From contig CADCCF010000006.1 of NCBI GenBank assembly GCA_902799835.1, positions 25,803 to 89,802 on the forward strand: DNA of 64,000 nt, read 5' to 3'. The position numbers and the translations under genes are program-made. The stretch's first letter is position 1. Each line of letters starts with the position of its first letter. Of the stretch, positions 1-10,022 are shown in pieces. A model generated the notes under the pieces. That model ran no database searches, was not told where the DNA came from, and worked only from the letters and a program-made list of their open reading frames with translations. This DNA comes from an uncultured Pseudomonadota bacterium (GTDB lineage Bacteria > Pseudomonadota > Alphaproteobacteria > RF32 > CAG-239).

Positions 1-1011
1 ACGTGCCAGAGTCAATACCGCAACTGTTGAATCGCGCAGATTAATGCTATGCAGTTTATTAATGCATAGTTGCAATCTTTGGCATTCTGTTTCGAATAAT
101 TGTGGGCTTTGCGGAAAAAGTTCCTGAGATTTTTTTACCAAAAGTTTTTGTTTTGGGGTATCGTCTTTGGTTAAAAGGGTAGCACGATAGGTTGCAAAAT
201 CTTTGGTATTGATGGCATTAGACAATTGTAAGGCAGCTTCTTTGGTGTTGTCAGTTCCGGCGTCAAGGGCTTGGATTATCGTTTTTAGGGCATCATGAGG
301 CAAGCTATTCCAAAACTGTTCTTGAACAGAATGTGAAGAAAGTTCTTTGGTTAACCCAAGCGAATGTGATACATTATCAATTGCATCATCAAAATTATTA
401 AAAGAACTGAAGTAATTTTCCAACATGTTGCAGTTATCAGTAATTGAGGACATGATTTTGGGAAAAGTATATTCACTGCAAGATGATGTCAGGTAGCTTA
501 GGGCTTGGGCGACAGAAGGTGGGATATTGTTGAGAATGTCCAGTTTGATTTGGTTGAGCGTTTCTGTGGTTTCACGTTCATCCATAACTTCAAAATAAGG
601 TGAAACTTTGGCTTCAAGCGGGAAACGTTTAAGAATTTCTTGGCAAAAACTGTGAATGGTTTGAATTTTGATGCCGCCGGGTGTGTCCAATAAAAGCGCA
701 AACAAGCGGCGAGCTTGAGCAACTAATTGAGGATTTGATGGAAGATTTTGCAATTCTTGAATTAATTTTTGCTCATCCATAACGGCCCATTTTGATAATC
801 GGTCAATAATGCGATTATTCATTTCTGAGGCGGCAGCTTTGGTGTAGGTCAGGCAGAGTATGCGTGAGGGATTAGCTCCTTCAAGCAAAAGGCGCAAAAC
901 GCGATCGGAAAGCACCTTGGTTTTGCCAGTGCCGGCAGAAGCTTCTACCCATACCGATTGGCTGGGGTTAGAAGCTTTTTTCTGTTGGGATGAAGCCAAA
1001 TCGATACGCAT
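1..1011 (-). CDS. addA: AddA (UvrD/Rep-type helicase-nuclease subunit), N-terminal 337 codons. The gene runs off the left edge of the window.
   Basis: Absent from the ORF track because it has no stop in the window. My reverse-strand translation from the ATG at 1011 reads MRIDLASSQQKKASNPSQSVWVEASAGTGKTKVLSDRVLRLLLEGANPSRILCLTYTKAAASEM... It carries the UvrD-family Walker A (AGTGKT) and motif Ia (LTYTKAAA). The frame stays open to position 1. The start lies 23 nt after the addB stop. Confidence 0.85.
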   Translation of the reverse strand, partial: MRIDLASSQQKKASNPSQSVWVEASAGTGKTKVLSDRVLRLLLEGANPSRILCLTYTKAAASEMNNRIIDRLSKWAVMDEQKLIQELQNLPSNPQLVAQARRLFALLLDTPGGIKIQTIHSFCQEILKRFPLEAKVSPYFEVMDERETTETLNQIKLDILNNIPPSVAQALSYLTSSCSEYTFPKIMSSITDNCNMLENYFSSFNNFDDAIDNVSHSLGLTKELSSHSVQEQFWNSLPHDALKTIIQALDAGTDNTKEAALQLSNAINTKDFATYRATLLTKDDTPKQKLLVKKSQELFPQSPQLFETECQRLQLCINKLHSINLRDSTVAVLTLAR

Positions 1012-1034
1012 TTGTTTTTGTTGTTTGATATCAG

Positions 1035-3926
1035 TCAATTATCGTCTCCTTCATCTTTAACCGACCATTCTTTCACACGTGCTAGGTGCTCGTAATCGGA
1101 ATATTCGGGGACATGTTTAGGGTTGGGACGACTTAGATAAGTGCTATCCGGTTTGGCAAAATGTTTAATTATTTCAACCAAATGTTGTTGAGTATGATTA
1201 AGAATTTGGCTTATTTCATCATTTATGGAGATAACTTTGTCGCCTAATTTCCAATACATAAGCTGGTTTATTTCAGCTGCGGGAAGATTTGTAAAACCGC
1301 CATTACAGGCAATCAAGGCTTCAATAGGTAATTGAGGCGCATATCCGGTTTTGACCTCCTTGGCTGTGCGGGCACGTCCGGTTTTATAATCAATAATGTT
1401 ATATTTACCATCCATTGTTTGGTCGATGCGGTCAGCTTTGGCGTATATTTCAAAGCGTCCGAATTCGGGGTTTTCTAAAAACAAACTACCCCAAATTTCG
1501 CTGTGTATGCGGGATATTTCTTTGCGATATGATTGTTCTTGGGCAATTATCCAGTCGATAATTTGTTGGAATTTGGGTAACCAGAAAGCTAATTTGTCGG
1601 CTGAAAAATCAGCTTGGGCAAAAGCTTTTTCTCCCAAGGAAAGCAATATGTCGCGAGCATTTTCGGGAAATTTATTCGGATAAGCGCGAGCAAAATCTTC
1701 TAAAACTTTATGCACCAAATTGCCAAAGTCGGACTGATCAACAACTGTTTCGAGTTCATCAAGCGGTTTAAGGTGTAAAATGTATTCGGCAAACACACTA
1801 TACGGATCGCGCAAAAGCTTTTCAAATGCGCTGGCGGACAGTTTTTTCGGACGAACATCCAAAGGCGGACAAGGCGCCGGAGGAGTGAGATGTTTAATCT
1901 CAGGGGCAGATGGCTGGTCTATCTTTTTTCCCAAAGAAGGAAAATATAGGTCAATTAAATGGTCGATAGAAATATTCAGAGCTTGCAGAACCGTGGTTAA
2001 TCGCATCCACCAACGAGATTTAATGGTTTGGGCTCCATCATTCATTTGACTGCGAGTGAGATAAACGTTTTTTGCGCCTAAAAGATTGGCAAAATCAAGG
2101 GCGGTTACACCAATTTGTTGCTCCGGTTGATTGAGACCGAAATCATGTTTCATCGGGCGTGACATCCATGGATCGACTGAAGGTGTTTGCGGCCAAGTTC
2201 CTTCGTTGCAACCTCCGATAATTATGGTATCATAATGATTCAAACGGGCTTCTAGTGGTCCCAATATTTTGATGCGGGGATGAGTTTTTGCAGTGTTGCG
2301 CACCATGATATTACTCATTAATTTTTCTAAAATATCAGGATAATCGGCAGGATTAATTTCACCGATTATATCGGATTTTTCCAATAGTTCAGCTACAAAG
2401 GAAGCTCCAGCGTTACCATCATCGCCGCTCCATAACGGTAAATCGGGGGCGTCTGTTTGTGATGAACTTAAATATTCTGCCAATTTAAGGTGTTGTTGTA
2501 ACAAATCACTGAAGGCAGCAGTCGGTTGATTGATAAGTTTATTTAGCGGCTGGAATGCCACAAAAACTTTTTCTAATAATTGTTCGGCCTCGTCGTCAAC
2601 AATTTTGAGACGCCAAAGGTTTTTATCAATACGTTCAGCCAGATGACGAATGTCGGGGATTGATTGAAAATTAGCAAACAGAGAACTCTTCAGGGCTGAT
2701 AAAATTTGGTGTTTGGAAGAACAGTTGCCGGCAAAAGCAATAGTCGAACGAACAAAAATTCCCCAAGGTGTCTGGTTGAGAGGAATACCGGCGGAATCAT
2801 CTGTAGTAATATTCCAACGATTTAATTCCCCGCAAACACGGCGAGCCAAGTTGCGGTCAGGGGTTACTAATGCAATGTTTTTTTCGGATTCTTCAAGAGT
2901 ACTGCGGATAATTAATGCAATGTTTAAGGCTTCTTCGCGAGCGTTGGCAGTTTCTATTAAGTGTAAACCATTAATGGAATCGGCGGTAATGGAAGATGAT
3001 AAATCAAGCCATTTGTCGGAGCAAATTGCCGGACGCATAATTTCACTGATAAGTTGTTCGCGAGGGAGATTGTCTGGATCAATTAAATTTGCAACATTAT
3101 TGCGCGGCATTTGTAAGTAATCTAATAATTGCTTGAGTTCATATTGCGGATGGGTTTCATCGATGTTATCCCAAGCGTCATCATCCATGAGTTTATCCAA
3201 ACCGGCTAAATAAACTTCACCATTACTTAGTTTAAGAACTGTTTTAACCATTTCTTTCATCGCCGGAGAAACAGCTGTGGTGCCGGCAATAATAATTCTT
3301 TGTTGCGGTGGGTTGGTTTGCCATATTTCACATTGTTTTTGCAAAAGTTGTTCGCGGCGATCTACCGCATTAATCAAGCCACGCTCAGCCAAAATATCCG
3401 GCCAATAGCTGGTTATAATACGTAAAAATTTGAGAGTTTCTTGCCAGTGTGCGGCATAATTCTCGGGAACGATATTTTGCAGGTTGTGCCAATCGAGGTT
3501 GCGCATAGATGCGTTGTCAAAAAGATTGCCAAGCTCTTGAGCCAGACTGCAAGCCTGTGCCAATGAAACACTTTCGATACCAAATTCTTGGTGACGTACC
3601 GAGATGAGTTTGGTTAGAAGTAAAGTACGTTCCATCGGGCTGATGGCTGAAGGCACAGATAGAAAATCATTGGCATTTAGTTTATCATTGAATAATATTT
3701 CATCCTCGTCAACGTCACCGATGGCTCGCATTTGCGGCAATAAAGTAGGTTTCATGCCATGAAGTTTGACAAAAGCTTCAGCCAGAGAGCGACAGGCGCG
3801 ACGATTAGGCAGAAGGATCAAAACTTTAGCTAAATCGAGTTCGGAATTCGCATAATCATTTAACAATTTATGCGCCAGTGTTTCAACAAAACAACAAGAT
3901 GAAGAGATGTTGTATATTTTAGACAT
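1035..3926 (-). CDS. addB: AddB, double-strand break repair helicase-nuclease subunit B (alphaproteobacterial type)
   Basis: 963-aa ORF with a C-terminal RecB/PD-(D/E)XK-type nuclease signature (KADRIDQTMDGKYNIIDYKTG). It lies immediately upstream of addA. Its start overlaps the rdgB stop by 8 nt. Confidence 0.85.
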   Translation of the reverse strand: MSKIYNISSSCCFVETLAHKLLNDYANSELDLAKVLILLPNRRACRSLAEAFVKLHGMKPTLLPQMRAIGDVDEDEILFNDKLNANDFLSVPSAISPMERTLLLTKLISVRHQEFGIESVSLAQACSLAQELGNLFDNASMRNLDWHNLQNIVPENYAAHWQETLKFLRIITSYWPDILAERGLINAVDRREQLLQKQCEIWQTNPPQQRIIIAGTTAVSPAMKEMVKTVLKLSNGEVYLAGLDKLMDDDAWDNIDETHPQYELKQLLDYLQMPRNNVANLIDPDNLPREQLISEIMRPAICSDKWLDLSSSITADSINGLHLIETANAREEALNIALIIRSTLEESEKNIALVTPDRNLARRVCGELNRWNITTDDSAGIPLNQTPWGIFVRSTIAFAGNCSSKHQILSALKSSLFANFQSIPDIRHLAERIDKNLWRLKIVDDEAEQLLEKVFVAFQPLNKLINQPTAAFSDLLQQHLKLAEYLSSSQTDAPDLPLWSGDDGNAGASFVAELLEKSDIIGEINPADYPDILEKLMSNIMVRNTAKTHPRIKILGPLEARLNHYDTIIIGGCNEGTWPQTPSVDPWMSRPMKHDFGLNQPEQQIGVTALDFANLLGAKNVYLTRSQMNDGAQTIKSRWWMRLTTVLQALNISIDHLIDLYFPSLGKKIDQPSAPEIKHLTPPAPCPPLDVRPKKLSASAFEKLLRDPYSVFAEYILHLKPLDELETVVDQSDFGNLVHKVLEDFARAYPNKFPENARDILLSLGEKAFAQADFSADKLAFWLPKFQQIIDWIIAQEQSYRKEISRIHSEIWGSLFLENPEFGRFEIYAKADRIDQTMDGKYNIIDYKTGRARTAKEVKTGYAPQLPIEALIACNGGFTNLPAAEINQLMYWKLGDKVISINDEISQILNHTQQHLVEIIKHFAKPDSTYLSRPNPKHVPEYSDYEHLARVKEWSVKDEGDDN

Positions 3927-4506
3927 TAAATTCCTTGTTTAAGAAAAGTTTTACTGCGCGTCCACGGTGGGAAATATCAGCTTTTTCTTTAGCTTCCATT
4001 TCGGCAAAAGTCTTATTAAATCCTTGAGGAATAAAAATTGGATCATAACCAAAGCCGTTGTTGCCACGGCGATTTGGAGTTATGTTACCGTCAACCCGCC
4101 CTTCATAAAAACGGGTAGGTTGATGAGGAATTTTAAGAGCCAAGACACAGGAAAAATGTGCACTCCAATCAGAGGAACCACTAGATTTAAGTTCATCAAT
4201 TAATTTAGTCATGGCTAAATCAAAATTACGGTTGGGAGCATAACGAGCCGAATAAACACCGGGAGCATTGTTAAGTGTATGCACGCATAAGCCGGAATCA
4301 TCAGCCAAACAAGGCTTTTGGGTTAAGGAAGAAAGGGTTTCTGCTTTAATTTGAGCATTCTCAGCAAAAGTAGTGCCGGTTTCTTCAACATCAGGAAGGT
4401 TTAATTCAGCAGCTGAATAAACAGTGACACCTAAGGGAGAAAGCATGTTTTTGAATTCGGCGATTTTGCCTTGGTTATGTGATGCTATGACAAGTTCGGT
4501 CAGCAT
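3919..4506 (-). CDS. rdgB: Non-canonical purine NTP (dITP/XTP) pyrophosphatase, Ham1/RdgB family
   Basis: Carries the motifs ASHNQGKIAEF, ETGTTFAENAQIKA, DDSGLCV and GFGYDPIF. It shows rph-rdgB synteny and overlaps the rph stop by 7 nt. Confidence 0.9.
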   Translation of the reverse strand: MLTELVIASHNQGKIAEFKNMLSPLGVTVYSAAELNLPDVEETGTTFAENAQIKAETLSSLTQKPCLADDSGLCVHTLNNAPGVYSARYAPNRNFDLAMTKLIDELKSSGSSDWSAHFSCVLALKIPHQPTRFYEGRVDGNITPNRRGNNGFGYDPIFIPQGFNKTFAEMEAKEKADISHRGRAVKLFLNKEFNV

Positions 4507-5210
4507 TGAAGAGCCTCTTTTTGTTTGGAAATAATTTGTTTAATTCCGGATTTTCCCAATTCCAGTAATTGAGCGAATTCATCTTCAGTGAAAGGTTCGC
4601 CTTCAGCAGTTCCTTGAATTTCAACAATTTTTCCGCTTTCGGTGAGGATAAAATTCATATCAACTTGAGAGGTTGAATCTTCGGAATAATCAACATCCAA
4701 CACCGGATGCCCGTTACAGATATCACAAGAAACAGCAGCGACAAATTCGCGTATAGGGTTTTGAGAAATTATTTTATCTTTGAGTAATTTTTGAATTGCT
4801 AAATAAAGGGCGACAAATCCGCCGGATATAGAAGCAACTCGTGTTCCTCCGTCAGCTTGAAGCACATCACAGTCGATATAAATGCATACGCCTTTTATTT
4901 TTTCCAAATCAACTACGGCACGCAAAGAGCGACCGATCAGCCTTTGAATTTCTTGAGTGCGGCCAGATGGTTTTTTGCATTCACGCTGAGTGCGGGTTTG
5001 GGTAGCACGAGGTAACATGGCATATTCGGCGGTTATCCAGCCTTTTTCTTCTTCTTTGAGCCAAGACGGAACATGTTCGTCGACACTGGCTGTACAAATG
5101 ACATGAGTGTTGCCATATTTAACCAAGCAGGAACCTTCGGCATAAGGGTTGAAAGATGGAATAAATTCAATATTGCGCAGTTGATTGTTTGCGCGGTTAT
5201 TGTTACGCAT
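4500..5210 (-). CDS. rph: Ribonuclease PH
   Basis: Carries SGRTQEIQRLIGRSLRAV and IDCDVLQADGGTRVASISGG. The track start at 5222 is a TTG. The ATG at 5210 is preceded by GGAGA, so I prefer 5210. Confidence 0.93.
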   Translation of the reverse strand: MRNNNRANNQLRNIEFIPSFNPYAEGSCLVKYGNTHVICTASVDEHVPSWLKEEEKGWITAEYAMLPRATQTRTQRECKKPSGRTQEIQRLIGRSLRAVVDLEKIKGVCIYIDCDVLQADGGTRVASISGGFVALYLAIQKLLKDKIISQNPIREFVAAVSCDICNGHPVLDVDYSEDSTSQVDMNFILTESGKIVEIQGTAEGEPFTEDEFAQLLELGKSGIKQIISKQKEALQC

Positions 5211-5225
5211 TTTTTTCTCCAAAAT

Positions 5226-7259
5226 TTACAAGTGTCCGGTTTTCAACAGATTGTAATATTTCTCTAGGGAGCCTTCTTTAACATCCCAGCTGAAATCTTT
5301 GTTCATGGCATTGCGTTGCATCTCTGATATGAGATTGGGAAGTTCATAAAAAGTCAGTAGAGCATTTTCCAAAGTTTCGTTATAAGCATTAATGTTGTTC
5401 TTTAATCTGCGAGCATTAATATTGGAGCCATAGACATGACGTCCTTCACTGAAAAATACTTCGGTGCGGAATCCGTCGACATGGTCTTCAATAGTATCGA
5501 CCAACCCACCGGTTGACATTGCGATCGGCAAAGCACCTTTAGCCATAGCCTCCATTTGAGTCAATCCGCAAGGTTCAAAACGACAAGGCATCATATAAAA
5601 GTCTGAAGCTAGTTGAACTGCATAGGCAAACTGGTCTTTATAACCATGAAATACAAAAATGCGATCGGCAATTTTTTTGCTGATTTTGCTGATTTTATCT
5701 TTAAGGTCGGTGAGCATTTTAAATAGTTCGACATTACCAGCGCCACCCAGTACAAATATCGGCATCTCGAAATTATCGTCAACATATTTTTTAGTCCATG
5801 ACAGAATTGCTTGGGCGGCAACATCATAGCCTTTTTGCTCAACCAGGCGCGAAGTTGCACAAACAACCGGAACTTTTGAAGCATCTTTGACGGATGATGA
5901 TATATCAGCAAATTTGTATGTATTAATTAAAGGGATAACTTTATTTTTGTAATCTCTGTCTTTGGCTATGCGCGAAATCAATTTGATAAATTCTTGCTTA
6001 TTTTTAAGTTTGTTATTCAGCGAAGTCGAATCAAATACTTGAAATTTGGTATCACCAAAGTATTCATTTATGCAATGAATTTTGTCGGCGTTCGGAGAAA
6101 TGAGTTGTTTGTTATAGCCGTTGACAATACCGAAAAATGTGCGGTGGTCTTTACGAATTTTTAAGATGTCACGAAAATCATAGCCGAATCCCAATTCTTT
6201 AGATACTTCTTCAGAATAGTTTTTTGAAACTGTTATTACTCGATCGGCCAAATGGAAGTTACATGATGCTTGGTTATAGCAGTCGTGAACAATCAAGGTA
6301 TTGGTAGCACGGCGATTAGAGTTCTTGATGGCTTTGGCATTTTTAAAGACAAAAGCCGTGTGTTCGCCATAAAGAGAATTTAGAATGCGTGCAGTATTTT
6401 CGTAGTCCCAACCTTGATAGCCAAGGTGATGAGCGATATGAATAATTGGAATTGAACGTATCAAATCAGATTTTTGCTCATCAATAATACCTTTTTCAGC
6501 CAAAGCTACGGGCAGGTATTTAGTCAATCCGGAAATAGCTCCGCTGTGCCAATCGTTTGCAATGATGATGTTCGGGCAATCCTTTTGACCGATAAGGTTA
6601 AAAATCATGGTGTAAACAGCCTTAGAAAAGAAGGCAAAGCGCTCTACTTCGTTAACGCCGTTTTTGTTTAGGATATAGCAACCATCTTGAGCTGGAGGAT
6701 TTTTCTTGTGCGGGTCAATGCTGAAAAATTGATCGCACTTTAAGAAAATGTAGTCAGTATTGTCATGATGTCCAGTATAAATATCAACATGGTAATCGGT
6801 AAATTTTTCAGAATCTGATTGGCTGATGAAAGGAACAATAATGGTTTTATCTTTTTTTACGGTAATCTCGCAGTGCTCAGATCCATGATAAACAGAGCCA
6901 TCTAAATGGGCACTTTTTTTACCGGTATCACCGATGTACATGGGAGTAACAACTTTAAGGTTTTCCTTGTTTATGCCATATTTCAAATTAAAAATATCAG
7001 GCAATTCGGAAGCTATCATACCAAGCCCGCCGGCTTTCATAAAGGTTGCCGTTTCAGCAGACAACATCCAACCGTTAATTTTATCAAGGTTAGGCCAATC
7101 AGATTTGCCGAGGCATTGGTTTTTTCCGAGATTTTGTAATTCCAGAGCGTAAGGTGTTGAGGGGACTTGATAAGTTAGATAAAACTTCTTCTTGTTAAAT
7201 GTTTCCGGCAGAAATGTTGTGCAAGTTAAAATGTCGGAACGCACAGGAGATTTTGGCAT
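5226..7259 (-). CDS. GT5-family glycogen/starch synthase-like glycosyltransferase, unusually long at 677 aa
   Basis: Carries a K-x-G-G-L type motif (FMKAGGLGMIASELP). Also carries the C-terminal GT-B motifs SRLVEQKGYD, PCRFEPCGLTQMEAMAKGALPI and STGGLVDTI. There is an N-terminal extension of about 60 aa before the KxGGL motif. Confidence 0.7.
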   Translation of the reverse strand: MPKSPVRSDILTCTTFLPETFNKKKFYLTYQVPSTPYALELQNLGKNQCLGKSDWPNLDKINGWMLSAETATFMKAGGLGMIASELPDIFNLKYGINKENLKVVTPMYIGDTGKKSAHLDGSVYHGSEHCEITVKKDKTIIVPFISQSDSEKFTDYHVDIYTGHHDNTDYIFLKCDQFFSIDPHKKNPPAQDGCYILNKNGVNEVERFAFFSKAVYTMIFNLIGQKDCPNIIIANDWHSGAISGLTKYLPVALAEKGIIDEQKSDLIRSIPIIHIAHHLGYQGWDYENTARILNSLYGEHTAFVFKNAKAIKNSNRRATNTLIVHDCYNQASCNFHLADRVITVSKNYSEEVSKELGFGYDFRDILKIRKDHRTFFGIVNGYNKQLISPNADKIHCINEYFGDTKFQVFDSTSLNNKLKNKQEFIKLISRIAKDRDYKNKVIPLINTYKFADISSSVKDASKVPVVCATSRLVEQKGYDVAAQAILSWTKKYVDDNFEMPIFVLGGAGNVELFKMLTDLKDKISKISKKIADRIFVFHGYKDQFAYAVQLASDFYMMPCRFEPCGLTQMEAMAKGALPIAMSTGGLVDTIEDHVDGFRTEVFFSEGRHVYGSNINARRLKNNINAYNETLENALLTFYELPNLISEMQRNAMNKDFSWDVKEGSLEKYYNLLKTGHL

Positions 7260-7305
7260 GAGCTTTGGTCTTTCGTTAAACCGAAATCAAGAACGCATCT
7301 TGCTC

Positions 7306-7334
7306 TTGACTTGAGGTAATTTAGTTACTAAATA
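7306..7334 (+). promoter_or_regulatory. Candidate promoter for grpE (TTGACT, 17-nt spacer, TAAATA)
   Basis: The hexamers were read directly. The -35 is at 7306-7311 and the -10 at 7329-7334. Such matches can arise by chance in AT-rich DNA. No CIRCE inverted repeat was seen. Confidence 0.3.
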
Positions 7335-7385
7335 TTTAGTTATAAATATATATAAATGGTTTCTGAAATAATTTAAAGAGAAAAA

Positions 7386-7958
7386 GTGATGAACAACGAT
7401 AAAAAAATGTCAAATGAAGAAAATGTAGAAGATATCGAGGAAAACGAAGAGCAATTGGAAGATGCTGAAACCGAAAACGAGGAGTGTGATGAGGCGCCTG
7501 TAATCGATATCGAAAAAGTTATGGAAGAAAATAAAAAACTTAGGGATGATTTTCTGAGAGCTTATGCTGATGCAGAAAATGTCAAGAAGCGTTGTCAGCA
7601 AGAGATGGAAAAAAGTGTTAAGTTTGCGGTGGCCGATTTTGCTAAAAATCTGTTGCCGGTGGCAGATAACTTGCAACGAGCATTGGATGCCTCTGATAAA
7701 GACGAAAATGGTGAAGAAGTCAATGCCTTGCGTAAAGGAATCGAGTTGACGCAAAGTGAGTTGGTAAAAGTTTTCGATAAATTCGGCGTACATAAGATGG
7801 ATATTATGGGAAAAGTGTTTGATCCTAACTTTCATCAAGTTGTACAAGAAGTGCCAACCGAAGGTAAGGAAAGTGGTACGGTAATTGCGGAAATTCAAAC
7901 AGGATATATGATTCACGACAGAATTTTGCGCGAAGCTATGGTGGTTGTGGCAAAGTAA
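7386..7958 (+). CDS. grpE: GrpE nucleotide exchange factor
   Basis: Has an acidic N-terminus and then the typical GrpE core (LRAYADAENVKKR ... FDPNFHQVV ... GYMIHDRILREAMVVV). The start is GTG 7386 or ATG 7389. Confidence 0.93.
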   Translation: MMNNDKKMSNEENVEDIEENEEQLEDAETENEECDEAPVIDIEKVMEENKKLRDDFLRAYADAENVKKRCQQEMEKSVKFAVADFAKNLLPVADNLQRALDASDKDENGEEVNALRKGIELTQSELVKVFDKFGVHKMDIMGKVFDPNFHQVVQEVPTEGKESGTVIAEIQTGYMIHDRILREAMVVVAK

Positions 7959-7973
7959 GAATAAAGGAACTTT

Positions 7974-8651
7974 ATGCATCGAATTGCAGATAAGATAGTC
8001 GATTTTTTTAAATGGCCGATAGCGATATTTATGTTATTATCGTTACCGGCTTTGATTAAATCGCTGGATTATTTTAATTTTACAAATGTAAAATATTGGG
8101 CGTTGTTTGCCGGATTTTTATTCTTTTTTGTAGCTCGCACAATGATGGATTCCTCAGTGCGCGCTTCTATGGAAGTTTTGGCTCATGAATTAACGCATGC
8201 ATTTTTTGCGTTGCTGACTTTTCATAAAGTCAATGGGTTAAAAATTAATAGTGATGACAGCGGCGGCAATATGTCTTTTGAGGGCGAGGGTAATTGGCTG
8301 ATTATTATTGCTCCTTATTTTTTTCCGCTGTTTGGGTTGATAGCTATGATAACCATAAGCGTTTATCAATGGTTTGCACCGATGAATATTTTTATCTGCG
8401 CAGCATTTGGTTATATCATAGGGTACCATGTAGATACCGTATGTTCACAGATTCATGAAAAGCAAACGGATTTGCCCAAAGTTGGGTACCCGTTTTGTGC
8501 CATATTTTTGCCGCCGGCTAATTTGTGGATGGTCGGTTGGATGATGGCATTCAATTCTCGCGGATGGGGTGGTATATCTACATTTAACCGACTAATCTGG
8601 CATTTAGATAAGCAATATTTCAACTATGTAATCAATCTACTCGGCTTTTGA
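7974..8651 (+). CDS. Polytopic membrane protein with an HExxH motif (Peptidase_M50B-like putative zinc metalloprotease)
   Basis: Carries VLAHELTHAFFALLTFHKVNGLKINSDDSGGN embedded among hydrophobic helices. Confidence 0.5.
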   Translation: MHRIADKIVDFFKWPIAIFMLLSLPALIKSLDYFNFTNVKYWALFAGFLFFFVARTMMDSSVRASMEVLAHELTHAFFALLTFHKVNGLKINSDDSGGNMSFEGEGNWLIIIAPYFFPLFGLIAMITISVYQWFAPMNIFICAAFGYIIGYHVDTVCSQIHEKQTDLPKVGYPFCAIFLPPANLWMVGWMMAFNSRGWGGISTFNRLIWHLDKQYFNYVINLLGF

Positions 8652-10007
8652 TTGCAACTCTTTTAAGATACGGCAACTGAGGTCAAATAATGAGTTATCA
8701 TGGGCGCCCATGATAATTATCTTGTCGCCAGTGGTTGCGTGCTTTTTGATATAATCAAGTGTGTCATCGTATGATTTTGAGTAAAAAGCATTTGAGTGCC
8801 CGTTTTGACGGATAAGGTTGATAATATTTTGCGATGAAACATCAGTATCTTGCGGTGCTATTTCATAAATTTCTTGCATCAGCATAATATCGTCTGGGGC
8901 AAGCGTGCGAGCAATAACGGCGGCAGTTTCTTCACCGGTATTACGTGCTGAAAACGAGGTATGTGGTTGATACATGGCAATAATGCGACCGCCACCGGAT
9001 TTTAAAGCTAAAAGGGATGCTTCGATTTTGCTGGGGTTATGAGCAAAATCATTATAAACAGTAATACCATTGGTGGTGCCGACTTTTTCCAAACGGGTTT
9101 TTACCCCATAAAATCCTTCTAAGACTTTAGCCGAATCGTGAGCTGGTATATCAAGTTTTGAGCATACAGCGATAGCTGCTAAAGCATTGGCGACATTAAA
9201 TTTGCCAATCAATGGCAAGGTGAAATTTTTGCCTTGCAGACGATAGCTGATTGAGTCATTATTCAATACAATCTCATCTGCAAAAAAATCGGCTTGAGGG
9301 TTGATAAGAGAAAAAGTTGTTAAATGAGGATGGGTAATTTTAGCATGATTGGGAAAATCCAAGCTGATAACCAAGTTTTGGGAATGCTCGGCAAAGGTAC
9401 TAAAATAAGAAAACAACTTTTCCAGAGAGGTATGATCATGCGAAATATTAGTAATTAATCCGACATAGGGATGATATTTTTGGATTGAACCATCACTTTC
9501 ATCAGCTTCGATAACGCAAATTTCGCCATCATTGTATATGTAATTGGGAATACCGGGGCGCTCGGCATAATTGCACAAGGCACCGCCATTAATCATGCAA
9601 GGCTTTTTACCTAGGACATCTAAAATATAGCCTATCATGGCGGTTACGGTAGTTTTGCCGGCAGTGCCGCCTACAGCCACACCATAACGATAAGACGAGA
9701 GAATTTCTAACAATAAATCGGAGCGAAATTTGATAGGAATACCAAGTTTCTGTGCAGCTAAAACATCAGGATTATCTTGATTGATGGCAGCCGAAACGCA
9801 CAAATATTCAGTATCGGGAGTAATCATAGAACCATCTTGAGGAATAATTTGGATGCCGACACTTTTCAGTGCTCGTAAGCGAGAGGAATCTTTGCCGAGA
9901 TCAAAGCTCTTATCTGAGCCATAAACCTGATAGCCTAAGTGAAGCATGATTTGTTCAAGAGGACTTATGCCGTTGCCGGATGCCCCGCTAAAAGCGATTT
10001 TTTTCAT
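8637..10007 (-). CDS. Mur ligase family enzyme (MurC/Mpl-like)
   Basis: Has an N-terminal Rossmann-like GASGNGISPLEQIMLHLGYQVYGSD. Also carries the ATP-binding loop GGTAGKTTVTAMIG, plus NDFAHNPSKIEA and YQPHTSFSAR. It is not in a dcw cluster, so MurC and Mpl cannot be distinguished here. Confidence 0.7.
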   Translation of the reverse strand: MKKIAFSGASGNGISPLEQIMLHLGYQVYGSDKSFDLGKDSSRLRALKSVGIQIIPQDGSMITPDTEYLCVSAAINQDNPDVLAAQKLGIPIKFRSDLLLEILSSYRYGVAVGGTAGKTTVTAMIGYILDVLGKKPCMINGGALCNYAERPGIPNYIYNDGEICVIEADESDGSIQKYHPYVGLITNISHDHTSLEKLFSYFSTFAEHSQNLVISLDFPNHAKITHPHLTTFSLINPQADFFADEIVLNNDSISYRLQGKNFTLPLIGKFNVANALAAIAVCSKLDIPAHDSAKVLEGFYGVKTRLEKVGTTNGITVYNDFAHNPSKIEASLLALKSGGGRIIAMYQPHTSFSARNTGEETAAVIARTLAPDDIMLMQEIYEIAPQDTDVSSQNIINLIRQNGHSNAFYSKSYDDTLDYIKKHATTGDKIIIMGAHDNSLFDLSCRILKELQSKAE

Positions 10008-10022
10008 TATATCGTCCAGTTC

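Noticed and set aside
1012-1037. The addB stop (TGA) and the addA start are in the same reading frame, separated by only 7 sense codons. This could suggest a read-through AddB-AddA fusion.
   Set aside because: An ATG lies at 1011 and addB-addA is a normal two-gene operon arrangement. Nothing in the sequence, such as a recoding hairpin or a selenocysteine context, supports read-through.
7410-7979. A 189-aa ORF lies antisense to grpE.
   Set aside because: It fully overlaps a confidently identified gene. Its translation is a low-complexity, Phe/Ile/Leu-rich mirror of an acidic, AT-rich coding region. It is a typical shadow ORF.
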